Source of the DNA: Bipalium vagum
Lineage: Eukaryota
Length of the DNA: 35,265 nt
NCBI GenBank assembly: GCA_037834085.1
Contig: JBBMKC010209485.1
Span: forward strand, 1-35,265
Reading direction: 5' to 3'
The position numbers and the translations under genes are program-made. This document shows positions 24,240-35,265 of the stretch, piece by piece. The notes beneath the pieces are model-generated. The model was given only the letters and a program-made list of their open reading frames with translations. It was not told the origin of the DNA and did not search any database. How positions within the stretch are numbered: the first letter of the stretch is position 1; every line of letters starts with the position of its first letter.

Positions 24240-25056
24240 CCCTTCTATACACATACAAAGACGAATTCTAAGACAAGTTAAACTTCTTTTTAACTTCCAT
24301 TATTATTATGTCAGTGGTAGTTTCGGCGTTTCCAAGATGGTGACAAAAGTCTCGACGAAAACCATCAACGTCATCCTCACTTTGTGGACAATAAAACACT
24401 AAAAAACCCATCAAATTAGATCCCTGCCAAACTACTAGTGAGCATGAATAAAAGTTTGGTTGCACTCATAGTACTATTGAAAACCATCTGCAGAAATTGG
24501 AAAAGTAAACAGAAGAGGAAAATGTGTTCCGCACGAACTTAGCAATCACAACAAGACATCGCAAAGCTAAGAACAGCAGATCCCTTGATTGCATTGTAAA
24601 GCCAGATGAAAAATCAATATCATACAATAATACGACAAGAAAACAAAAAGTGGTTAGAGGTTGGTGAACAACTAAAACCGACTCCAAAGATAAATATTCA
24701 TGGGTTCAAGGTCACGGTTTGTTTATGGAGGAACAGAAAAGGTTTGGTATATTTTGAGCTGCTGGATAAGAGTCAGACGGTTAATACAGAATTATATGCA
24801 GAACAAATCAATTGTGTGGACCAAGCTCTGCGTAGTCAAGCTATAAATTACCCAAAAACAAATTTTCTTTATGACAACACTTGCCAGTAAATTGCAAATA
24901 TTACTCAACAAAAATCAAGGAACTTGACTGGACAGTTTTGTGCCATCTGCCATATACTGAAGACCTAGGTCCATCGGATTACATCTATTCAGATAGATAT
25001 AACATTCTTTGGATTAAATAATATAAACAGATTAAATAATGTAAGTGTATAGAAGG
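24240..25056 (+). mobile_element. mariner transposase relic enclosed in atypical short inverted repeats
   Basis: KVTVCLWRNRKGLVYFELLDKSQTVNTELY..FLYDN and HLPYTEDLGPSDY. The ends are CCTTCTATACAC(A/T)TAC inverted repeats flanked by AAAA. Confidence 0.8.
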
Positions 25057-26575
25057 AAAAGGATCGTTTAAAGAATACCATTTCATTCACCGGTCCTTCA
25101 CTCCCCATATTTATAACCGGTTTCGTTAGGCCTCGTACATTTAAAAGGGTGACAAGCCGATTTTATCTGAGGACCACTGAACATAAGAGCAACTCAATTC
25201 TTGTCGTCATCTCCTTATTCATTTGGGTTTGAATCAAATCAATTGTTATTTTGTGAACTTTTTGGAAATCAATAAATATTCCCATTTGTTATTTGCATAA
25301 TCAAAAGTTGTAATGTGCCATAGAGATATTTTGAAAAGTTATTGTTACTTCGTCTTTATTGTTAGTAAAAGATGACAGGGAAACTTTCACAAGGTAACTC
25401 ATTTTATTTTACCATATCTTATTACAGCTCCACTCTCTTTTGTAAAGTAACTTAGCAAAACAATAGTTTAAAAACTTTCTTTCCGAACCAATATATAAAA
25501 GTACTTATGAAGAAGGGTCATGAGAAAGTAAAATTGGCTTTTAATTTTATTACATCACTAATGAAAGATTCAACTCTTGATCAATACAATTTGTCTTGTA
25601 CTTTAACTTGTGAATGTGGACTGGAAATCATTTACCTGAACCATCTCAAGAGGAAATGAAACAAGAAATATGTATCCATATGTTTACAGAGTCTTTTAAA
25701 TTAAGAATAATTCCGGAAGGGGTTAGATTAAACTCTGCCTCTTCCTGACATGTATATGTAATCATTGCCCATTCAAAAATTTGGTCCACAGTGCTATTTT
25801 TGCTAGGGACAATTACATTTATTATTATGGTTATCACTAATGAATAATTTGGGATCGCCTTCAATTTCGTACAGAGAATACCAACATCCCTTATGGATAT
25901 TGTTCTCTAATCTGCTTTACTGATGAAAATATCTCAACGTATCAGATGGCCGTCAAGTCTCAAATCATCCACAGGATCACTTGATTGTTTTGACAGATTG
26001 ATCCACCTTCGAAACTGGAACATAGGTCTTGTTTTATGTATTTTTGCAATGGAAATCTTTTAATTTATCCTTTTATTATTCTATTAGATTTAATGTAAAT
26101 GAACAACCAATTATAATTGTTAAATTTAATTAATACTTTCTCTTTCCGCTCTTTCACCAGTTTCAGAGACATGAAATATAAATAAATAATTATTTTATCA
26201 TGAGAAGTAATTTTATGAAAGCAAATTAATATTAGAACAAATGAAATGTGAGAATGGAACTAGAATATTCTCCTCAGACATTTCTAGTGACATGGGACAT
26301 GGGAGGTGGAAGGATAATTTAACTGATCACCGTCTTGATTCCCGTCTTAGAATACATTTGCCTGGTTAGCCTATCTCAGATCTTTTTGAAATAATTTTTT
26401 CAATTAATATCATTTATTTTCAGAATTATAAAACATTATATAATTATATTTTTTGATACAAGTCACTTTTTATATTCATTTTTATATATTCGAAATAATT
26501 TGATTATTATTATAATATAATTTTATTATGTTATATTTTTATATTATTATTAATATTAAATATATTATTAAATTA

Positions 26576-27045
26576 CACTACCCGACATGGGATAAATCAC
26601 TTACATGACATAATCATAATATATTTGAAAATTATACTATGATTACGAATTTGCAGTCACATCTTTCATATTGGTTTTAATTTAGAGATACAGACAAAAA
26701 CTATCAAAATCGATATATTGAATTTAAGTCAAATTCATTCTGCTTAATAAACCGTATTATAAGATTGTTTAAATACTATAATTAATTTAACTAACAGTGC
26801 GTAACACTTAAATTCTGTGTATGTCTTGAATGCATTTAACTATTATAAAATCTTTTGTATTGCAGATTATAGTGCCCAAGAATTATAATTCCAAACAGTC
26901 ATGCAATGAAAGCGCAAATTTGTTCTGTTATATATGCAGCTTGTTCACTCCCAAGAAATATAGCAGAAATATATCAACAGCATTAGGAAAAGCTTACCAA
27001 CTAAGATTTAAAGTCAAAATACAGGACAAAAATGATTATTAAATT
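26576..27045 (+). mobile_element. Chapaev3-like (CMC) transposon 5' fragment
   Basis: TTA|CACTAC start. SCNESANLFCYICSLFTPKKYSRNISTALGKAYQLRFKVKIQDKND resembles the C-x5-FCYICG...KAY..YF...DQDK N-terminal zinc-finger segment I associate with Chapaev3 transposases. Confidence 0.55.
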
Positions 27046-28961
27046 ATTATAATATTAAGTAATTAATATTATATTAAATTATTAATAAAATTATATTATT
27101 ATTAAATATTATTTATATATTATATTATTATTAATATATTAATAGATTATTATTATTAGGAGTGGATAATTAAATTTCGTTAATCTTTTTCATTTATTTT
27201 ATGTCAATTTCGAGAAAATTTTAATTTATTTTTAATAATATATTATTTTATCTCAAATGCCTGTTTCCTTGCTATTGATAGGACTGATGGTGAACATCTT
27301 TGATAAATAATTAAAAATTGTTAACAGTTGTCATTTCGTAAGTGATTGTCTAAGTTTTTCGAAAACGATTACTCCACCGTCAGAAAGCAGTTTAGAGTGG
27401 AAAGTATCCCATCACGAAGCAATTTGTGATTAATCAAACCATTACAAAGCTGAATGGGGGCCTAATTGATCGTCTGGCAACGACATCAGATCTTGAAACA
27501 ATATCGTAATATGTGACAAGATATAACAATATCGGAAAACGGTGTACTTGAACAGAGATTGTAATATACTTCCTGGGTCGGTCAGAACATTATTATGTAA
27601 TTCAACTCCAGATTCCAATGGATACAAAGGGTTATTTGGGAAGCTGGTGATTTCAGCTGGTCTCACCTGACTGATTATCTGGTAAATGAAACGCGTAGTT
27701 CTGATAGTAGTTTTCCATCAATGTTTATCTCTCAATCTGCAAATGAAATTCTTACCGTAACCACGAAGCCTGGTATTCCAAAACTCTTGTTTATTCTAGA
27801 TCCCTTTTTTATCATTTCTTATTCATATTTAATGTACCGATCCGTTTATTTAAAAAAGGCGATGATCGCTGATAATAAATTCCAGAGCCCTATTAATTTG
27901 TTTTAATTTGTCCATCTGATTTTTTGCGAATCTCTGATGCAGCTGCAACAAAAATGGGTCAGTAAACATTGATTGAAGTCACCAAGGGGAAAAATTTTAT
28001 TTTTATTTTTTAAGGAACGCTCCCATTAAATATTTTTGTCAAAGCAAAAGTTAAAATCGTTTTTTGTTTTCTTTTAATGAAAAAAGACCTCTTTTGTTTT
28101 AATTATACTTTTGTGAGAATATTTTAAAAATTCTTCAGTTTTTATCACTTTATAATTTATTTTTAAAAAATTATTTTCATCATTAAATAGGAAAAAAAAT
28201 CAAAAAATATTAATAAAATCGATAATTTATTATTTTAATAATATTAAAATAATGATTTAAAATATATCGATTTTTTTATCGGTGCAAAAACGATCAAGTG
28301 CAAAAAATATCAAACAGTAATATTTATTGATAGCGAAATAGATCTGATCAGGGATCACGGTTTCCTGGGAGGTCTTCACTAATGAAAATAATGGACGAGA
28401 GTTTGGTGCGTATGGAAAAATGAATTAAAATTGAAAGAAAATAAAATTTGGACGGGATTCAGGACGGATATTTGAAGCTTGTTTGTTCACTTGAATAATT
28501 TATTGAAAATCTCAGACAAAACGGCGATGACGGCGGTTGGAAAATCTGTGGCAAAATTCGTATAAACATTGCGGATGAATGAGGTATAAAATTTCTCACA
28601 ATGTATTTTGAGAAGAGATCCTTAGAAGACGTTGCCGTTAGGTCGACGGATATCACTTGCAACCACCAGTCCAAGGTCTTATGGAACATAAACAATATTC
28701 AAAAATTGAATTGAAACAAAATCCATCGATTTTTATTCGTTTTTTCCCATTATTTATTTCAACTTGTTATTTCTCCTTGATTGTATGGAAAATAAAACAA
28801 ATTGCTGCGACTGTCAAATGTTAATTGACCACCGCCGTCTGGTCTTCGGGAGACTCCGACATGTCGGTGATTATTAAGGGAATATTACCATTTCTTCTTT
28901 ATATCAAAAAGTGACAAAAAAGAATTGTCCGGCATTATTTAAATTATTTCTCCATACATAA

Positions 28962-29330
28962 TACATTGTTTCAAATAAGTACCGAGAATTACTATTTTAA
29001 AAAACCCCACCTTTGATGTACATTAATCAATTTTAATGCCTGAGCTCAGTGCAAATTTGATCAATTTACCTGTGAAATTTTATCGAAATCCAATAATCGG
29101 TTTGTTTGAATCATTCAATGTAATTATTTGACCTCAAATACAATGTGCGATTTTTAAAATCTAGAAATTACGTAATAAAGAACCTGTTGTAACTTTTGGG
29201 TTTTAAACGAAATTACATGTCCTGACTTCATGAAAATGTTGCAGAAAGTCCATGCAAAGTCTGCTTTATCAAACATTCGAGTATACCAATGGTGTAATTT
29301 CATCAAAAATGTTCGATATCTCACAGTAAA
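28962..29330 (+). mobile_element. mariner 5' fragment (HTH region)
   Basis: MLQKVHAKSALSNIRVYQWCNFIK matches the mariner N-terminal ML.KAYG..ALS..RVY.W..F pattern. Confidence 0.6.
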
Positions 29331-29334
29331 TATC

Positions 29335-30300
29335 CCCTGGGTCAAATATCCCCACGTTTAACTTGACCTGTGAAGGATAATAAATGGGTTGAAAGCCGAT
29401 TTAGTTGCAGTTCTTTCAAGCCTAGCTTTTTCAAAATTATCTCGTTCCAAGGATACCATAACCCAAGACACCGGATATTAAACGTCCATATGGAGACGGT
29501 TGATCGGGTCCGAACTCCAATTCAGCAGTTAAGTCTTGATATTTCGCCAAAACAGTTCGCCTGTTTTCGGCAAAATGTCTTTCATTATCATAAGGAATCT
29601 CGACATCCACCAAATGTTTGCCAAGAATCCTTATGATTACATTCGGTCACAGTCGAGTCTCTAACTCCACTGGTATCATGTCAACGTCCCCGTCTAAGCC
29701 TATTCCCCTAAAGAAGTCCCCTAGAAGAACTAACAATGATTGTGTTTAATAGTCGGGTGTTGTGGACCTGAAGAACAATGATTGAGAATGTCGACTTGGC
29801 TTTCTTCCACAGTCTCACAAAGCCTACAAACCACGCTTTGATTCTTAATTAAATTAAAAAGGCGAAATTGGAGTGCTAAATTATTACTTCTGCCAATGAG
29901 CGATAGGTTGGAAGTTCCCGTGTATTATCCGATTTGATCGAATGCTCAGCGATGAACATAGTAGCACTTCTGACTTTGCCAGGTCCTATAGAAGTACAAA
30001 GCTAAAGATTAATGTAGGCACTGGGTCGCGTCTCATAGTTTTCTCTAGTTATAGATATAGTCTTTCCCTGATGTTGATGCTTGCAAAAAGTTGTACAGGA
30101 CTGTTGTACCAAGCGTTGAAAGCAAATTTATAATAATGGACGATTAGACATATTGTCCACTTGATCCCAGGCAAGTTCGAGGCAATGAATATTACAGCGT
30201 AGTATATGGCCATGAGACAAATACTATTCATAAAATTAAATATAAATGAAAATTCTGTAAGATTGGAATATGGCAAGCAATTGCACAAAATGGAGATGTC
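29335..30300 (-). mobile_element. RLE-type non-LTR retrotransposon (R2/NeSL-like) 3' relic
   Basis: HQGKT, a CCHC-type knuckle CRLCETVEESQVDILNHC..KHN, and a restriction-like endonuclease segment RL*PNVII..LVDVEIPYDN..AKYQDL..LISGVLGLW..NEIILKKLG. Boundaries approximate. Confidence 0.75.
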
Positions 30301-30329
30301 TTTAGACCTTACATCTGTATTATGGTACA

Positions 30330-30720
30330 ATGAATGCAAGTATTTATTTGAAAGACTATTTTCGGAAGATTCTCATTCCATTCATCAATAATTACAAACA
30401 AAATCACGATGTCCTGTTTTGGTCAACTGCAAAAGTTGTTCAGAAAGAATTTGTTGAAGAATATATTGAATATGTCTCAGAGAAAGACAACAGCACAAAT
30501 ACACCTCAGAATTGTCAAATTGAAACATTTTGATCTTTGTGCAAGCAGGAGATGAAGAAAGCCAGAAAATTCCGTCTCAAATACCAAAGTTAAAAAAATG
30601 GATTGACATTTCAGAAACTTTAAGAAGAAACTCTATCAAACTTCAAAGAATGGTGTATATGCTTCTGTTAAATAATAAATCCATGTCTGTAGATCTTAAA
30701 TGTATTTTGTTGTTCTCGTT
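30330..30720 (+). mobile_element. IS630-Tc1-mariner transposase 3' relic
   Basis: YLKDYFRKILIPFINNY..VLFWS..IEYVSEKDNSTNTPQNCQIETF* resembles L.PFI...FWPD...NPPN.P..RPIE.FW. Confidence 0.65.
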
Positions 30721-31419
30721 TAACTTTTATTGCTACAAGTATTAATAATTTAATTTAGAGACACTAAGCTTGGTTTATACATTACAATACGTAATAGTAA
30801 TACAATATTATATAGCATAACACCTTTTCTTATTGGGAAAAATTTTAGAAGAGCACATCTCATTGAAGCTGTTGGATAAAATCAAATACGTTTGAGGTAT
30901 TATTTTAATATGAGAACTCTGGCACAAAGATATGAAAGCGAAACAGCAGTAAGACAGATAGCAAACCGTTGACGGTCAGATTGACTAAAATTCTTGATAA
31001 AATACAACCATTGAAAGAGATCTTATAGAACTTTACCTTGCGTAAGTGCAGATAAATTTATGTTACTTTTACAATTTAAGATAGATTTGAAAACAAGATT
31101 GTTAACACGAGTAAGAATACCAAACGTATGGTCAACAGTCCAAGAATGAACCATTGGTCGTTTATTAGTAAACCACGTTTTGGCATTTAAAAGATATAAA
31201 GTAGGGTTTTAACTAAAGTATTATGGTGTCCCACACAAAATGACTGTTTCTGATATATCAACATTAAAGCTAAATAACGTTTTTTAAAAAGAATTAATTA
31301 ACTATTGATTTTTTGTATAAACATTTACGTAGATTGCTTAATAAAATATATTAATATTTTTAAGTTAAGTTCTAATTTTAATGTTATAGGTCTCCAAGTT
31401 TTATATTTTTATGTTGACG

Positions 31420-31640
31420 TAATAATAATAATAATAATAATAATCTGGATAATAAAAAATATAAAATAATAAATAAATATACATAAAATATAAATAAATA
31501 AAAATATAAACATAAATATACATAAATAATAAATATAATAAAATATAAAAAGTAATAATCCAGTAATAATAAATAAAATACAAATATAATAAATATATAA
31601 ATAAAATAATAATAATCCTGATAATAATAATCAATATTAA
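31420..31640. repeat. AT-rich low-complexity / (AAT)n tract
   Basis: Seen directly. Confidence 0.85.
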
Positions 31641-32529
31641 TATTACATAGGAATGAAATCGTCCAAGGTAAGACAATTTGTTATTTATAATAATAGAGAT
31701 AAAATGATAAAATAAAATAAAATTTCCATTGTGAACAGGCTCCAGTAATATTTTTCAGAACATTCTTGTTTGATACTACATATTAATAGTTACATACCAA
31801 TATTTTAAATAATCCTTTGATAATTAATAATTTTCTCATCCTTCAGGTTACTTTTGAAAAAAAATAAACAGAACGGAACAATACATAAAATACAAATCAA
31901 CTTTGGAATATTATTTGATAAATGGCCGAAGTAAATGGCCGAAGGAAATGAAAAAATAACTTCAGTACCTTAAGTCATGAGTCGAATGTTGGGAGAAACC
32001 CTTTTCTATCTGGTTCGGCCTTCATTAAAAGTTGTAATATCAACCGACTTTTTCTGATGAGACATTGACAATGTTCCTGAAAAATTTTATAAAATTATCA
32101 ATTATAATTATAGTTTTCGTTAATTAATAATCTTCCAGTTTTGAAGCCGAAATCGAACGGAATTCTCTTTCTTCGTCGGACTGGCTCTGCAATAATTGTA
32201 TTGTAATTATCGAAATTTTAATGAATACCAGACTGAAATATAATTAAACCACCACTTTTCCTCCGACAAGCGAAAATTATCTTTGGAAATGTTGAAATGG
32301 CGAAACGAAACGTTAATTAATGCTAACTTTTGCCATTTTTCCTATGGCCACGATACATGCGGCGCAGCAATAGAATTCTGTGCAGTTAAGATTGATATCC
32401 AAGCCAGACTGGACAAAGGATCTGTTAATTTGATCAGACCTATTAAAATTTAATGGGAATTTATCATTTTTGAACATTGTATTTAAATATAAAAATAACG
32501 ACGAAACCTCCAAAATGAATCAATTTTTT

Positions 32530-34294
32530 TGAGAAAACGATCCACAAATGGAGGTCGACCCAGAAATAGAGGTTATCCAATCAAAATTAGTCTTCAATAA
32601 CATAAGACGTAATAATATTGTGAGATCATTCACATTAATTAAAGAAAATTAGACATTGAAAGAGTGACTTAAAGATGTCCTTTACATTTTTTCGAATTCA
32701 CGCTTCTTCTTCAAGGTCTGCATCAAGTTAGCACAAAACAGTCCCGGTAATGTTGCAGTTTACGTTCCTAAATTAAAAATATTCATTTAAACCCAAATTT
32801 TTATTATAACAATTATTATGAATAATTAAACAGTTTTGATTGGTTGTTAACAAGTTGGGGACCTAACATTTATTCACAGCATTGTCCAGGGTTTTTAAAC
32901 TTAAAACTTTTTCCGAGATGGAAGGTATTTAACAACATGTCTTCCGTTGAACTTGGTTTTACTTTTTGATGGTGCTTATAGTCCTGTGAAATCTTTCACC
33001 ATGTTTGTCAAAAACCTCCCCCAAATCATTAGCGAAAAGGTTCAAGTGGCACTTTATTTTAAGCGGCATATTATCACTCGTTTCTGTGAACGTGTCCTTT
33101 AATTTAAAAGCGGTATTTAGTAAACCAAAGGAACGGTTTTATCTGTTCAAAATAAATATCACTCTTTATTGTTATGTTAACAACAATACAAGCACACAAA
33201 GTTATTCACGGTATCCAATAATGCTTCCCACGCTCGGGATTCAATCCCCTTTAAAATGCTCAGTTCTCATTAATTTCCGCACTTATAGTTCCTTAATTTT
33301 TATCAATGATAACTTCGGTAAAATTCTGTTATTGTTACCGTTGGTTGACTTTCAGGTTTTAAAGTTTCAATGAAGTTCTTGAAGAGGCCTAGCTTGTTAT
33401 GAAGAGCAGGTAATATGATATTTTGTACGCTAACAGGTGCTTCATGGTCGACATTGCCTTGCCCAACTAAGTAATTCTTGGATCTTCGTTAAGTGTACAG
33501 TGCTGATCACATGCACGAAACAGTATTGCATCACCAAAAGTTCTCAAAAATTTAAATTTAAAATTATGAACTTACGAATGGAGACTGTTACATTTCCATA
33601 GTCTTTTATATTCACAGGAGCAAATTTCAGTGCATATTCTTTTTTCACCTTTCAAGCATACCATAAAAGTCGCCAGACCAAGTTTTAAAATTGAAACGGT
33701 GTCTTTTCTAAATTTCTCTAACCAGCCTCTAGGTGCTTTAAAGTCTTTCAACTTCTCATCGATCACCATCTTCAATGCAATTCTTTTGATTATTGAACCA
33801 TTCATCGGGAATTTTTTGCTCATGATCGTTGAGCAAGTTTGATATCCTGTGCATCAAATATTTGTCAATTAGTCACATAGAAGATCTTTGTCTGCCATAA
33901 AGTACTATGTATTGATTCTTTGAACGGAACTTTTACTAATTCCGCATTAATGTGCTAATTTCTTTGACTTGTTCTTTCTTTTTTCAATTCTTTGTCAATT
34001 GGATATGTTCTTGGTATGTGAGGCTCCGCTTCATTGGTATAAATATAAACGATTTAAATTTAAATTTAGTAAACCAATGAACTTTTTAATATGGTCCAAT
34101 TTTAGAGGTTCTCATTTACACATTATAAAAGCACAAAATTGCTGTTTTTTAAAAATAGTTCCGAATTAGAAATTGACCCGAAATTCGAGGTCGGTCCAAA
34201 AAAAAAAGTTCAACAAATATAATTATAATCTGGAATAAAAATAGAAATTTATTTGATTGGATATAAGCTGTATACGTTGGTATGGATTCTACGG
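32530..34294 (-). mobile_element. pogo/Tc5-like transposon relic
   Basis: CENP-B-type HTH PMNGSIIKRIALK..DFKAPRGWLEKFRK (33572-33823). A TIR-like TA|CCGTAGAATCC lies at 34294 on the minus strand, and related subterminal motifs GACCC.GAAAT.GAGGT occur at about 32557 and 34175. 3' end not defined. Confidence 0.7.
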
Positions 34295-34296
34295 TA

Positions 34297-34402
34297 GTAT
34301 ATTTTCCTTCCTATCGAAATGTCTCAAAATATAAAAATGTGTTTTCATAATTCTATATTAGTCAGGTAAGTGCCAATTTAAAAAATGACGTGACTAACCC
34401 TG
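34297..34402. mobile_element. Deleted, inverted copy of the 15455-15933 MITE
   Basis: AAAAATGACGTGACTAACCCTG|TA plus internal matches (AAAATGTGTTTT.ATAATTCTATA; ATTTTCCTTC.TA.CGAAATGTCTCAA) to the reverse complement of 15455-15700. Confidence 0.8.
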
Positions 34403-35208
34403 TAATTTCGTCATATTGATCCTTCGATGAAGCACACTTAGAAGTGATTCAAATCTGTGGTTATTCTCATGTGCACAGAATTACTATGAATCATCATCAT
34501 CATCTGAATGAGTCACCAGTTTGGAAAGATTCATAAAAAGGTTGAATATTACTTACAAATAAAAAAGTAAGTAGTGTGTGCAATATCAATATTAGAAGTA
34601 TTTATGATGTTACACAATTAGTAATTTGAGTAAACTTAATTTATGAACATCGCAAAGAATTTTACATTATTTTACACATATCAATTAAAAATTGATTATA
34701 ATAACTTAATTTATTTAAATAGTTCATCGATAACTAAATATTTAAACAATTATTTTAAACTGCATTGGAATATATATTAAAGTTAATATTTTTTAAAGGG
34801 AGTGAGCAGACTTTTTATGAGGATTGTTGAAAAATGGTAACAAATAATATGTAATACATTCTTTCATCAAGCTCATATTTAATGTAGGAAGAAATAATGC
34901 TCAATTAATTAAAAGAATGACATTTTACATGTTTAAAAAAAGATTGAAAGAATACCATAAAGAAAAATTGCCGAGATATATCCCCATTATCGTGAGGTTA
35001 TCCAAGTCTTTTATTTTATTCCGCTGAATACATTGCTAATTATATTACTCGGAATCCATTAACTTGAAAAAATTACCAACGGGTCTGACATTGTTAATCA
35101 AAGTTGATTGTGATAATTCATCATTTAAAATTATTTAAAATAAATATTAAATATTTTAAAAAATATCCCTTTAGAGAAAATTTTTATTTTTATTTTAATA
35201 TTTGCAGC

Positions 35209-35265
<57 letters not shown>
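35209..35265. repeat. (TTA)n microsatellite at window end
   Basis: Seen directly. Confidence 0.95.

Larger units (their letters stand above)
23952..27990 (-). pseudogene. Endogenous viral element: decayed Mononegavirales (rhabdovirus-like) L polymerase, capping, connector, MTase and C-terminal part
   Basis: Colinear motifs on the minus strand: GSGIYYQR (27889-27866), RDLE*TRVLEYQASWL, YAFHL/QVRPAEIT, PSGIILNL..IHISCFISS*DGSG (ending 25634), LWHITTFDY, GIFIDFQ and SEGPVNEMVFFK. These match remembered vesicular stomatitis virus L motifs in order. Many stops, frameshifts and at least three TE insertions. Confidence 0.72.

Noticed and set aside
22600-28000. Spliced minus-strand host gene
   Set aside because: Candidate AG/GT-bounded exons contain stops in the frames tested; a decayed unspliced viral ORF explains the motifs better.
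28480-28700. Stop-codon reassignment (TAA/TAG read as Gln) suggested by a plus frame interrupted only by TAA/TAG
   Set aside because: UBC9, ribokinase and the mannosidase-like gene all terminate at TAA and contain no internal stops.
31390-32450. Possible micro-exons on either strand
   Set aside because: Splice-like signals exist, but no consistent open frame or recognisable product could be assembled. ORF 31401-31676 is low-complexity repeat.

Overview
AT-rich eukaryotic (animal-like) genomic window with GT-AG introns, several of them only 41-45 nt. It contains three host genes: a 4-exon SUMO E2 UBC9 (minus strand, 3149-3781), an intronless 999-aa GH38 alpha-mannosidase-like ORF (8465-11464), and a 6-exon ribokinase (14497-19966). 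The rest is mostly decayed mobile DNA: several mariner/Tc1 and pogo/Tigger relics, one full-length but dead mariner, MITEs, a Chapaev3-like relic, an RLE-type non-LTR relic, solo-LTR-like repeats and a tRNA-Ala-like element. Two observations stand out. (1) A fragmented, stop-riddled minus-strand reading frame at about 23950-27990 shows, in the correct order, motifs resembling the capping (PRNTase) and methyltransferase domains of a Mononegavirales (rhabdovirus-like) L polymerase. It looks like an old endogenous RNA-virus element cut by later transposon insertions. (2) The intact mannosidase ORF has lost its nucleophile, acid/base residue and zinc ligands, so it is a likely membrane-anchored pseudoenzyme. 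All homology calls come from manual translation and remembered motifs; no searches were run.
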